Source: Felis catus
Taxonomy: Eukaryota
Length of the DNA: 64,000 bases
Assembly (NCBI RefSeq): GCF_018350175.1
Contig: NC_058368.1
Location: 181,848,001 to 181,912,000 of the forward strand
Direction of reading: 5' to 3'
Shown: one piece after another, positions 1 through 12,140 of the stretch
Layout: each line of letters opens with the position of its first letter
How positions within the stretch are numbered: position 1 is the stretch's first letter
The notes under the pieces: model-generated
Database searches by the model: none
What the model was told of the DNA's origin: nothing
What the model saw: the letters and a program-made list of their open reading frames with translations, nothing else
Position numbers and translations under genes: made by a program

Positions 1-30
1 GAAAACCGGGACTGAAACTCTGAAACTTAC

Positions 31-165
31 TTCAGACTTAATTCTATACAGTATGTCCAAAATTGATTGTTGGGTTGAGAAGCAACAGACTGGCTTGTTG
101 GACATTGAAATTTCCTTGTAGATAAGTGAATTTCCCCCAAGTAGTTAATATAATACTTCAGGAAA
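31..165 (-). pseudogene. Exon of the minus-strand decayed gene (135 nt, phase 2-2, open)
   Basis: Acceptor ttttaaattttAG, donor GTAAGT (30-25); open frame FLKYYINYLGEIHL...YCIELSL, in phase with exon 804-722. Confidence 0.6.
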
Positions 166-721
166 CTAAAATTTAAAATTGTTATTTTTGGGGGAGTAGA
201 ACTTTTTCTAAAATTATTACATGCCTTTCTGCAATCTTTAGTAGAGAACGCTAGATAAGGGTTTACATTTCCTTGACAGCAGAAAACATTCATTATAATC
301 ATCAGTCACGGTACTGTTTCACAGGTGTGAGACCCAGTGGGTTGCAGAGTTAAATGAATGAAACCCATATACTAAGAATCTATTTTCTTCAAAAAATCCT
401 TCAGTGGTAGCTGACTTTACTTAGGACATTTGCATCTTTCTTTAAAAAATAGGAAAAAAAAGATTATCATATATCAGATCTCTGGAAAGACATAACACAG
501 CCAAATCTATACAAACTATATTAGGAAATCAAAACTCAAAATATCAGTCTCCCAACCAATTTCCTCCTCCTCTAGAAAGTGATCTTGTTTCATGGTGCTC
601 CCCTTTCCTTTTGTCTTGTCAACAACAAGAGGCAGAGTGTACTGTAGGATCTCTGCATTAGCAACACAAGGAATAAAATCCTCTTCTTATAGGTCTATAC
701 TTACAGGTCTTTCTGACTCAC

Positions 722-804
722 TCATATGGAACTTGCTGATGGGGATGGAGTGTCAAAAATCCAGCACCACTGAAGAGAGTTTTAAAGAAAGGATACTTCA
801 AAAC
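722..804 (-). pseudogene. Exon of the minus-strand decayed gene (83 nt, phase 0-2, open)
   Basis: Acceptor tatgcAG|G, donor GTGAGT; only one frame is open: VLKYPFFKTLFSGAGFLTLHPHQQVPY. Confidence 0.6.
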
Positions 805-1035
805 CTGCATATTGTTTATAACCAAAAGTTGGTAACACAGAGCTAGACTGCATGTTCAAAATTAAAAAAAAAAGACTCTTGAATATCCAAAGAGATTATG
901 TATCTTATACATAATCATTTGACCTATAAATTATAATGGGCTTCAACATTCTCTCAATACAGTACTTTAATATTCTGACCAAGATTAGATCAAGTGTATA
1001 GCAATATCAATACCCATAAAGAAGGCTTAAAAAAT

Positions 1036-1238
1036 GGGGCACTTTGGTGGCTCAGGTGGTTGAGCATCTGACTCTTGATCTTGGCTCAAGTCATGATTCC
1101 AGGATTGTGGGAATGAGCCCCATGTCCAGCTCCACACTTAGCATGGAGCCTGCTTAAGATTCTCTCTCTCCCTCTGCCCCTCTCCCCTGCATGTGTGTGC
1201 TCTCTCTCTCTCTCTCTCTCTCTCAATTAAAAAAAAAA
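1036..1238 (+). mobile_element. Can-SINE (tRNA-derived SINEC)
   Basis: GGGGCAC..GGTGGCTCAG head, (CT)n tract, A tail. Confidence 0.9.
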
Positions 1239-2649
1239 GTGCAGGACATCATCTCTTCTCCCTCATGGTAAACTCTACTTTGTATGACAGCAGATTAGTT
1301 TTATGACCATTCTGAAAGGATCATTCATCAAAGGTACCAAAAGATCAATGAATTGGACAGAAAAGTATAGTCTTTGTTAAATATTTGGCATATTAAAAAG
1401 CTCAGGGATAATGATAACTCCCAATTGCTTAACATTTTCATAAAAATCTAGGGTTTATGGAAGATAAACTGAGGTTCAATTTGACTAGTTCAAAATAAAC
1501 TAGATAGGTTTAATCTATCTTTTAAAACTGTTCAAAAATAAATAAATAAAAATAAATAAATAAAACATGCAAGTGTTTAATTTTATTCAGGTCTTTTCTC
1601 TGAAACACCCATTAAGTGGTTTTTTTTTGTTTTTTTGTTTTTTTTTTTTTTTTGCTGTATGAGTTGTTGGCTTATTTCTCCTGGTTGAATTTAGATTTCT
1701 ATCATGTCTCACTTAAAAACACCAACATTATAGGAATACAATGCTCACCTACCTAGTTTTTATACACATATCCTTCTTTCCTCTCCTAGCCTCTTCCTTC
1801 CTTGCCGTCTCTCTTTCTACCTTCTCTTCCCCTTAGTTTCTCCATCTTTGTCTCTCTCACTGAGAGTCAATTACATACCAGGCACTCTGCCTGGGCTTGC
1901 TCAAAGATACAATTAAAATTAATTTCCTTAGAGGGATACTCTATGATTTTCCTTCAAGTTTGGACTACATACTTGGGGATGTATTTTAAACTACATATTT
2001 TATGTTGTATGTCATAAATTATAACTTATATGTTCTACTATAACATAGATTAGCTTTCCACTGCAGTAAACTGAATGACTTCATGTCATTCTCAGTTAAC
2101 CCTTCCCATCATCTGTCCTGATTAGCACAAAGTTAGATTAGGTGAAAATGATGATTCATACTCTCAGAAGCTAAGGCAGAAAGCAGGACCTGTCTGATCC
2201 TTTTACTAAGTGCCCTGGTGCTCACTCCCATTGTAGAGCTGTCCAATGATGGATGTGTCTCTAATGCAGCACCTCAGTGCCCTAGTGGGATATGGAGATG
2301 TAAGCAGCTTATTAAAGAGTTGTCCATCTTCTCTTCTCTTTCCTGCCAGTTAGCATTCTTCTTTACTCTTCAGACTGGAAATTTCCTTGGCTTCTCCATG
2401 GATGCTTGTGTTACCTATAGTTTCTCTTTTCTATTCCTCTTTGGCCTTCTCCATTTTGTGGTATTTCCTTGATTCACCCATGATTCTTAACTTTCTGGCT
2501 AAACAACTTGATTTTTAGCAGCTAGTGTAGTAGCTAGTATGGAGGGTCCCTCCATGCTTTCCTCTTAGTCATGTAAGCAACAGCATTTTACTTCTAACAG
2601 TTGGATACTTGGACCTCTGACCTGTTGGTTCACCCAATCAGGAAGCCAT

Positions 2650-2870
2650 GTCACGCAGTGATAAATAAGTCAACCTATGGAATCTATTAAATCTTGACTC
2701 TACCATTTCTAGATGGATGACCTAGGATGAGTTTCTTAATGTCTCAGAGACTCAGTTTTTTCATATGAGAAATGGGAATAGAAATAATCGCCCCTATTTC
2801 CTATGGTTGATTAAATGCAATAATATAAAGCATTTAAAAGAGTGACTGTGACACAGTAAGCACTTAACTA
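2650..2870 (+). mobile_element. MIR SINE
   Basis: Core CTCAGTTTTTTCATATGAGAAATGGGAATA; 3' GACACAGTAAGCACTTAA. Confidence 0.7.
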
Positions 2871-3674
2871 TTTTGAAAAATTTATTGTTGTATGTTGCTC
2901 AAGACTTGTCCTTAACTTTTTTTCTGTGCAAGGAATAAGTTTAAAAAGACAACAATTTGTAGGTTCTGATTTTCTGATGATACCTGATATCACATCTTCA
3001 GATGCTCTGAGTATCTACTGTAATAATACAGAATGATTTTTTATAGTATGTATTCTAATCTATAGATGCTCTTAGAGAATAATGAGCTTTCACACACAAC
3101 ACACACCCACACACATGCATACCCACACACACTCGTCTGTTGGTTGTTCCAGGTCAGCAGATATTACCTTGTTACTTTAAGTTAGAATGGGCACATGTAT
3201 CTGTCAAAATGATAAGGCAGTTGATATAAAAAGAAAGAGATCTATTCAGATTAATGTTTAGAAGCACAGTAAACTTCATTTTTTCATTCCCATGCCATAA
3301 AAACTTTCATCTGTCATTTAATAATATTGAGGAATTTGATCACAACGTACACTTGGTGCAGATGAATGCTAATAAAAAGCATACAATCCTTTATAAGTGC
3401 TAAAAATGAACTAAGGGCAAAGACATATCAGGAAAAGAAAGCAGCATGGGGGTAATTCTGTTAAGAGCAGCTTAAAAGCCTGTATTGTACTACTGCCATG
3501 TAAGAAGGGAGAGGCTGGTGCCAAACACATTGCTGAAATGAGAATTGTTTAAACTACAAAAAGCACGGCAGCTCCATGTGAATATCTTAAAGTCCCAAGG
3601 TCACTTACAAAGGAGAACCAGGTGGTGAAACTTTGGAGAGGCAAAAATTATAGCCAAAGGTTGACTCTTATTAC

Positions 3675-3810
3675 CCTTTGTTTCAAAAACAGAGATTTTC
3701 TTCTGCATCCGGATTAATGCAAAAATTTGAAAACCAGAAGGTTGTTCTGTTGGCTGCTATGTCTTTTTCTACCCTGATTATCTTTCTGGTGTCTTGCGTT
3801 AGAATAACCT
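3675..3810 (-). pseudogene. Exon of the minus-strand decayed gene (136 nt, phase 1-2, one TGA)
   Basis: Acceptor ttccactgcAG, donor GG|GTAATA; EVILTQDTRKIIRVEKDIAANRTTFWFSNFCINPDAEENLCF*NK. Confidence 0.55.
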
Positions 3811-4579
3811 CTGCAGTGGAATAACTCATAATCCAAGACTCCAAATAAATAAATATTACAGAATCAGGATCTTCATAAGATGGGCCCTTCTTTGTCCAGT
3901 TTTAAGATCTTCCTCAGGTTTTTGTAACAGGCACCTCTGTTGAGAGTCACTAGTCTAATCACATCAGTTATACAGATGAGGTAAATAAAGGCCCAGCAAA
4001 TTGGGGGCAAGGAGAATTAAAATTCTTCTGTCATCTACATGCCACATGTATAGCCAAAATGGAGTACTGATTAAAAGCATGGGGGCAAATCCTGCTGCCA
4101 TGAATTACTCCCTTTGTTTGCTTGGTAAAGTTAAACTTGTTTTCCCTTAGTTTCCCCATTTGAGCAATATATAGCAGGTAAAACTATTATGACAATCAGC
4201 TGAGTTATGACATATCAAACACACAAAGAAAGAGAGTCTAGCAAAGAGAGGGTACTATACACAGTAGCTGTTTGCTAACATTTTACATGTTATACTGTTT
4301 AATCCCCAAATCAACCCTGAGTTTAGGGCCATATTATTCCCATTTTACAGATGGAAAAATAGATTCAGAAATGTTGAATACCCTACCAGAGACTACCCAT
4401 CAGTGAGCAATTGTGTAGCCATTCAAAACAATTTTTCATTAACTCTAAAAAGCCAATTCCATGACACAAGAGTCAGTTATCTCCTGGATCCCCGGAAAAT
4501 TTCAATAAATTTAATTATTTTTGGCACTTGAAGAAATGAAAATGAACCAAAGCCTTTAAAAAGTTACAGTGTAACTTAC

Positions 4580-4627
4580 CTTTTCTGCAAACTAGAGTGA
4601 AGGATTTTATATATTTGCATTCTGTTT
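4580..4627 (-). pseudogene. Exon of the minus-strand decayed gene (48 nt, phase 1-1, open)
   Basis: Acceptor attactttAG, consensus donor AAG|GTAAGT; ETECKYIKSFTLVCRK. Confidence 0.55.
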
Positions 4628-4970
4628 CTAAAGTAATAATATTGAGGTGAGTGTATCTTAAAGGAGCACACTCTCTTGGGCATATATAAATGTCCCTGGC
4701 ACAAATTGCATGTGTAGCTATGATTGTTTTGGAGAAGAGGAAGAGAAAAAAAACCCACAAGTGTAAAGAAGTGTTGCCATCTGCCTTTAGGTGAAATTCT
4801 GTAAGATTATTTTGAGCTTCCAATGGATGCTGGTTTCTGTATGTACTGAGAAAACTGCCAGACCACCTGTCACCCATCCAAACTAGAAGTGACCAGGATG
4901 GCTGGTGAAGCTTTGTTCCTTTGCATAAGTGCTACTTGACTGGGTTTCTACGAGGTTACTTTCTTCTTAC

Positions 4971-5125
4971 CCATCAAAAACTCCAAAGACAATGGTCCAT
5001 AGGTGAAACAGCATGAGAATTTTATCAAAAAGAAGTAAAGACTAGTAGTGCATGAATTTCTTCAATCCAAACTCAAGTCCAAAGGGAGACTTCATCCAGT
5101 AGAAATAAGCCACCCATGAAACCAT
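4971..5125 (-). pseudogene. Frameshifted exon with C-terminal LamG/pentraxin-like motif
   Basis: Acceptor ttattctacAG, donor G|GTAAGA; DGFMGGLFLLDEVSLWT*VWIEEI resembles the F-x-G-x-x-DE-x-x-x-W-x-R-x-L-x-x-x-EI motif; 155 nt implies one indel. Confidence 0.5.
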
Positions 5126-7157
5126 CTGTAGAATAACCACACGACAAACCCAGTGGTGATTTCATAGTTGCCAATAAAACAAGCTTAGGAGCCTCCCAAG
5201 GAGACAAACGGTTTTGAAAAATATCTTCCACCACTTAGCATATGGGTCTGTGATTGCTGCCCAAACAAAAGGATAAAGCAAGGTAGGAAAGAGCTGTAAC
5301 TGGAAAATATTTTTCCTTCTTGCTTTTGTTATAATAAAGAGATGCTTGCATTTTCAATTCTTTTTCCTTTTCATAGCTCACAGAAAGAGGCCCAGTCTTT
5401 TCTGACCAATGTTGGGGTTTAATGCCATTCTCTCTGGCGCTCTGGGGAACTGGGTTTATTAAGAGCATGCAGGTCTTGATTTTTCCTATCATTTTAAATT
5501 TAAGCAGCTTGAAATCTTCTCATGCTGAAGGAGATAGGAGAAGGCCAGTAGAGGGGCTGGCAAATAATATTTTCATTTAAGTCTCTTCCCATTCTCTCTA
5601 CTCTATAACTCGATACCAAGGCAGCTTTCCCTCTGTTCTTTGCATGGGGCTTTGGAATTGTGAAACCAGAAGGTCTAGTCTGCAGGGCAGAGCAGCATCA
5701 TGCATTACCCTGCCGTGCACCCTGTGGCTACTGGGGTAGAGGAAATCACAAGCTTGGAAGGGCATCTGACTGGAACCTCCTTGGCTAGAGGAATTGAAAT
5801 GAAGGGATGCCTCACTGGCAGAAAGTAACAATGTCATCATATTCCTATCCTCCTTCCAGGCCCCACCCTTTGTTTTCCTCTTCTCTTCCTTAAAGAAAAA
5901 AAAATGCACATACAATATTTGAGAAAAACTGCAGGGTGAGGAAAAGAAAATTTAATTCCCCCTAATCTCTAGCGCAACAAAAGACAGTGAGTCCAGAAGT
6001 GCACAATCTCTTTTTCAATGACCTCATCTAGTCTTGCCAAATGCTGCCCAATGAATCACAATTAACTGGGTGCCTAATTAACTCCAGTGGAAAAAAATCA
6101 GGCATCGTATGGTGCATAATTCAAATCCACATGAAATACTCAAAAGGGAACCCAAAGACTCAACATTTTTAAAAGGATACATTTCTACTTAGGTGTTATG
6201 TTAAAGATTTGCTTAAAAATTTGAACAAATAAACTGATATCAAGAGTAAAATGTGTCTCTGTCACCAGAAGCAGCAGGAAAGCAGAACTCAAACAGTGAT
6301 ATTACAGGAAAGTAAGCATCAGGGAAAATAGGCTGTGTATTACAACCTCCAGTGGACAAAGAATATTCCATGGTATGGAATTCCTTAGTAGAGGATCAGG
6401 ATCAGTATAGGATCCTGGAATAGTATAGATTTACTCTACTTAAGTGACCACATCAGTCATCAGATAGATAGATGTTCAAAGTGACGTCAGGTATTTTAAG
6501 GAGAAGAGGGACCCAGAACAAGTAGATCTCACCATTCTTTCCTTTACAGGTGATCACAATGTGGTTCCTGTAAGATTTATAATTATGAGATAAGAAAATG
6601 AAACAAATACATACAATTAGGTGCAAAATTCTATTAAACACTACAAAAGTGTTACTGGTATTAAAAGTGAAGAAAAAAAATCAGTGAGGTCTACAATTCT
6701 TGGGGGAGACAAAATACAAGTGGAAATTGAGAAGAATCTGGAATTCTAACAGTATATTACTGAGGAAAATTTGGGCCAAAGATTTTCATGTATGAGAAAG
6801 CTCATGAGCAAGGACATATAAATGGGAATGAGCAAGTTATAAGTAGGATACAGTAAAAAACAGGCACGCAAAAAGGAGAATTTTGTAATATTAGGATAAG
6901 CCAGTCAATGAGACAGTTGGAATAAAGTTCTCTAATTTACACTTTATTCAGTGGGTTCTCTGAGGCCATTTACTAATACTAGCAATATTAGTACTAATAA
7001 CAAGTTTTTATTTATTGAGTAATCCTTAAAGTGTAGTAGGCACTGTCTAAGCATTTTATATGCATTACTTCCTAAAATTTTCACAGCAACTCATATGGCA
7101 GGGATCATTACTGGTTCCATATTAAGATGAAGCATTAAAAAGTCAAAGAATTTCAGA

Positions 7158-7562
7158 TATACAGACGGCTAACAGACACATGAAAAGATGCTCAACATCA
7201 CTCATCATCAGGGAAATACATATCAAAACCACCATGAGATTGTACCTCACACCAGTCAGAATGGCTCACATTAACAACTCAGGCAACAACAGATGTGAAG
7301 ATACAGGGAAGGGGGAACCCACTTACACTGTTCATGGGAATGCAAACTGGTACAGCAACTCTGGAAAATAGTATGGGGTTTCCTCAAAAAGTTAAAAACA
7401 ACTATGCTATGACAAGGAATTGCACTACGAGGTATTTACTGAAAGGATACAAAAATATTGATGCACCCCAATGTTTATAGCAGCATTATCAACAACAGCC
7501 AAATTATGGAAAAAGCCTAAAATTCCACTGACAGAGAAATGGATAGAGAAGATGTAGTACAG

Positions 7563-7594
<32 letters not shown>

Positions 7595-8215
7595 TATTAC
7601 TTGGTGATCAAAAAGAATGAAACCTTGCCTTTGAGACAAGGCGGATGGGGCCAGAGAGTATTACACTAAGTGAAATAAGTCAGTCAGAGAAAGACAAATA
7701 CCATATGATTTCACTCATATGTGGAATTTAAGAAAGAAAACAGATGAACACATAGAGAAGGTAAAAGGAGAAAGACAGAGAGAGAAGCAAAACCATGAGG
7801 CTTTTTTTGAGTTTATTTTTTTCTGAGAGAAAGACTCAGAGAACACAAGTGGTAGAAGGACAGACAGAGGGAGAGACAGAATCCTGAGTAGGTTCTGCTC
7901 TGTTGGCACAGGACCCAGTGCAGGGCTTGAACTCACAAACTGTGAGATCATGACCTGAGCTGAAACCAAGAGTTGAGATGCTTAACCAACTGAGCCACCC
8001 AGGTGCTCCAAGAGACTCTTAACTGTGGAGAACAAATTGAAGGTTGTTGGAGGGGAGTTTTTTGGGGAGGATGGGCTAAATGGGTGACAGGCATTAAGGA
8101 GGGCACTTATTGTGATGAGCACTGGGGGTTATAGGTAAGTGACAAATCACTAAATTCTGTTCTTGAAACCAATATTGCACTATATGTTAACTAGAATTTA
8201 AATAAAAACTTTTTT
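7158..8215 (+). mobile_element. 5'-truncated carnivore L1 (ORF2 end + 3'UTR) inserted in a MIR
   Basis: [30 protein letters not shown]2 peptide, L1 3'UTR, AATAAA; AAGAATTTCAGA repeated on both flanks (TSD). Confidence 0.9.
7802..8009 (-). mobile_element. Can-SINE inserted antisense in L1 3'UTR
   Basis: Reverse-complement SINEC ending TGAGCCACCCAGGTGCTCC, followed by AAGAGACTCTT. Confidence 0.9.
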
Positions 8216-8630
8216 AAAAGCCCAAGAATTTCAGAAAATTCTCTAGGTCCATGCAGTGGAATTTGAATCAAAGATATTTCACCTTACAACCTAGGAGAGT
8301 GGAGAGATGAAATCTTGTGTTTTCCACATCAGCAGTAATTACTGAGTGCATATTAGATGCTACTGCTCTTAAGGTTACATATGAGAGACGCGTTATCGGA
8401 TTTCCCAGAGCAGAGATATGCCACAATTCTTGAGTCCCTACAAGATTAAGACCATGCCAGTTGTTTCACTCATGATAACTCATCAAATATTATAGACCCT
8501 TGCAAGTAGATACCCCCAACACACACACTTCACTAATTAATCTAATATACAGAAAAGCTAGATAGCCTGTATCTAAGTTGGTATACACGGCAGAGCTTGG
8601 ATTCATATCCAGATCAATCTCTTTCCTAAA

Positions 8631-8961
8631 CAAAGGGTTGGCAAACTGTAGCCTGCAAGCCAAATCTGGACCACAGCCTGCATCTGTATGGCTCATGAGC
8701 TAAGAATGATTTTTACATTTTTAAATGGTCAAAAAAAATCAAAAGAAGAATATCTCATGAGACATGAACATTATATGAAATTCTAATTACTGTGTCCCTA
8801 AATAAAATTTTGCTGGAACACCATGCACATTTGCTTAGGTAGTGTGTATGGCTGCTCTCATACTACAATAGCAGACTTATGTCGTCGTGACAGACTATCT
8901 GGCCTGCAGAGCCTAAAATATCTACTATCTGGTTCTGTACAGATCAATTTTTCTGACCCTG
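8631..8961 (+). mobile_element. MER58B-like hAT-Charlie non-autonomous DNA transposon
   Basis: Termini CAAAGGGTTGGCAAACT ... TTTTTCTGACCCTG; internal AATAAAATTTTGCTGGAACA motif. Confidence 0.8.
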
Positions 8962-11299
8962 TCCTGTAGTATGATCTTTCTACTCTATCTCCTTGTCTCT
9001 CATTGTGTTGTGCTATCCCTAAAGCACACACATCTGACAGAGTGAAGAAGAATACCACAAAAAGTAGGAAACATTTCTCCATTATTTTTAATTTCAGATT
9101 TGTAATAACTGGCATATTGAAGGCTATTTATTTTCTTCTAGGCTGTAGAGCTGCAATGCAAATGCAGAGTGACAGATAAAAAGGTGCTATAGGAGTATTT
9201 TATGAAGATTTTTCTGGGAGAAAAAAAGTAAAGTGGATCTGAGACAAGACAACTTGGAGGATACTTGCAGTGATTCAGGCATCAGGTGTCTAAGTCTCAA
9301 GCTGCTGGGATATTTGTGGAATGATCAGTATATCCCTAATCTGAGTCATGAAACCAACTACTTCTCTAGAAGGATATTTGAGAAAAATAAAAATAAGTGG
9401 CCTGTTATTTTATTTTAAGTGTTCATTATCACTGAGAACTATGTACTTGCCTATCCAGGTTTCAAACAACTGGCCATTTACAAAGATATTTTAACCTGAA
9501 GATGACAGTGCTTCAGCTATTTACATGAAGCCAGACATGAAGGGGACCATTCTCCGAAACCCTTCAAAGTCATGTGCTGCACCTCTTCTGACAGACAACT
9601 CAAACTATGCACTACAAAAGTCTCCATTCAAGTAGTCTATACCTTTGTGTTTAGAAACCACCTCTGCCTAGATTTCAAACATGAGCAATGTGGAGATATT
9701 GGAAACATTTATCAGATTTGTTTCCACTGTGTCTCATAGTCTCAAAAATTAAGGCAAAGATGGGACAAAGCTTGTATCTCATTGACGCAAGGGAATCAAA
9801 AAGCAAGGTTTGACATCTCAGGTACTAATTACCAACGGAGAGTCACAGAGTATCAGACTATGGCCTACAGCCTTTTAGGGGTAGCAACTTCTAACAACAG
9901 CGTCAACAATGTACTCAAAGAAAAACACTACTGCCTGGTATTTGAGGATCTGACTCTGAAAATCTGTTTATTTGTTTGAGTTAATGTGTCACACTGTCAA
10001 GTTTGTGTCAGCCATAAAGGTGATATGCCGCAAAGACAATCAGTTTACTAAGGTGAAAATAAATGTGTTTTCCCCTCAATTGCAGTTTGCTTAATCTCAT
10101 TTTAAATTGCCTGCAGCAGACAGGAAAATGTGGGGTATAACCAGTTGTCCAGACTTGAGGACCACTATCTAAAAAATTGCACAGCTGAAGCTTTTAAGGA
10201 GGTGCTCTGTAATGTTTTGTGTGTGTGTGTGTGTGTTTTATTATGGGCAGTCTGTCTGGTAATTATCACCTGAGAGTAGTGGGACTGTAGTTTCTCTTTC
10301 TTTCTGTGCTAAGGAAAGTCAAGGGAAGTGTCCCATGCCCAACCCCACTTTCTGGTTCTAAGTGAAGTTTTTCTGGTGTCAGCTTATACCCTAGTATCTT
10401 TGTGGGTTTGAGAGCCCAAATGTCCTTCCCCACCAGGTCATCAGTTTTCATTTCAAGGCTCCCATTGAGCAGAGTCAAAAGAGCAACCTCCATAGAGGTT
10501 GATAGGAAGAAGTGAAAGGGATTTTAGAAGAAAGGGACCATGGGGTCTTACATTTATTTGAACAGGGACAGGGATAAAATGTTAGGCAGCATCAAACAAA
10601 TACACTTTAACAGGACTTCACCATCTGGCCCAGTTATCCTTGGGGGAAGATTGAAAGGGATTTGGAAAGTCACCTTTGCCTAAATTTATACACAGATTGA
10701 ATAAATATTTCCTATATATAGGTAGGATATTTTGTCAAATATTTACAGATGCTATGATTAATAAAAAATAATTTTATTTAAAAAGGTTAATAATTTTGTC
10801 TTCATGTGTTTTCCTTTTTTTAACAAACAGTAACTAATGAAGGGCGACCATAGGACTTTGGAGGTCTGAGATAAGTTTTGGTATTTTAAAAAGGTACTTA
10901 TACTCAAAAACCTTGAGAATCATGTGCCTGAGACTTTAGAGGAAAAAAATATCGCAAAGATCAGAGGAAAAAAATATTATTCCATGGTTAGTGATGCAAA
11001 GAGCATATGGAATTTGTCATCTAAACTAGTTAAGCTTCTATAGTGCATTATTAACCAGATGGTTTCAGAAAAGAGATGATCAGTGTGAACCAGCATAAAT
11101 TTACTATAAACAAACAAATCTGATTTCCCTTGACAAAAGGGTTACCACACTGGTTGGCCAATAAAGTGTTGTAGACGTTCTTTATCTAGATTTCAATAAA
11201 ACAGATGACAAAGACTCCCATGATATTTCTGTGGGCAAAAGGATAATGTGGACTAGATAGTAATATGGGGTATCAGTTGGAACACTTGGCGAATGAGAG

Positions 11300-11808
11300 A
11301 AATGTAATGCCAATTGGCTAAAGCTGAAGAGTTCATGTTATGGCTTATGCAACGGAAAAGTCTAGACCTGGCTTTGAATCTAGAACAGCTGGGTGAGGGT
11401 TTGGTCTCTTCCTCTTTATCTCTTGGCTCCACTTTCATCTGTCACTTGAATACTTAGCTAGGCCCTCTCTCCATATGGTGACTCCTAGCAATTCCAATCT
11501 TAAGTCCTCCCAATTTCAATTTCAGCAAGAGAGTCTATTTTTTCCAACAATTCCACAAAAGGTCAAGAATTTAATCTCACTAGAATGACTTAGATTATGT
11601 GCCCAATTCTGTAGGCAGCAGTAGTCAATATTCTCTATGACCAAATTTGGTCATAGGATACTCTGGGAACCAAGGATAGACTGAGCTCAACATTTATATC
11701 AAAATCATAGGAAGTGAGAATGGCAGAAGAATGTCTCCTCAAGAAACATATATTTCCAGAGGAAGGAGAAATAAATGTTATATAGTACAAACAACAAATG
11801 CCTACTAC
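11300..11808 (-). mobile_element. MLT1J/K-type MaLR solo LTR
   Basis: Ends ACAAACAACAAATGCCTACTAC, the reverse complement of the MLT1J/K-like 5' end TGTRGTAGACATCTGTTGTTT. Confidence 0.6.
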
Positions 11809-12111
11809 TTATGGTTATATATTAAAAGATTTTATAAATGTATCAGTGTATCAACTTAGAGTGTATCAACTTAGAGAAGTCTTTGATGCACTCCTTGGGC
11901 CTTTATGTTTGGTCTTACATTTTACTGAAGTCACTGATGATATTTATGATATTTTCAGCTGATACAAAAGTTTACTTATTATGTCGCATGCCTTAATTAT
12001 GATTCAAAAATGACCTTGATATATTAGAACCATGGACTAAAAACTAAGATGATGGAATTTTACATTCGTAAGTGAAAGGTTCTGTGTTGATGTTTAAAAA
12101 TGGCTTATGTA

Positions 12112-12140
12112 TCTTGGCCTTTTGGCTAAGATCAAGTGTA
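12112..12140 (+). pseudogene. RNU2: Truncated U2 snRNA retrocopy (approx. nt 7-35)
   Basis: TCTTGGCCTTTTGGCTAAGATCAAGTGTA matches the U2 5' end with one CpG transition; TSD AAAAATGGCTTATGTA (12096-12111) / AAAAATGACTTATGTA (12140-12155). Confidence 0.9.

Larger units (their letters stand above)
31..5888 (-). pseudogene. Unprocessed (multi-exon) pseudogene of an unidentified, probably extracellular protein with a LamG/pentraxin-like domain; continues off the left edge
   Basis: Minus-strand AG/GT exons 4627-4580 (48 nt), 3810-3675 (136), 3200-3168 (33), 3017-2984 (34), 804-722 (83) and 165-31 (135) join in phase. They give ETECKYIKSFTLVCRKEVILTQDTRKIIRVEKDIAANRTTFWFSNFCINPDAEENLCF*NKGYMCPF*LKVTSRYSEHLKM*YQVLKYPFFKTLFSGAGFLTLHPHQQVPYDFLKYYINYLGEIHLSTRKFQCPTSQSVASQPNNQFWTYCIELSL. 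Upstream exons 5125-4971 and ~5888-5239 are frameshifted. Confidence 0.6.

Noticed and set aside
7180..7480. ORFs resembling reverse-transcriptase protein ends (also 44424-44711, 45714-46073, 56655-56894)
   Set aside because: Broken fragments of L1 ORF2, not host genes.
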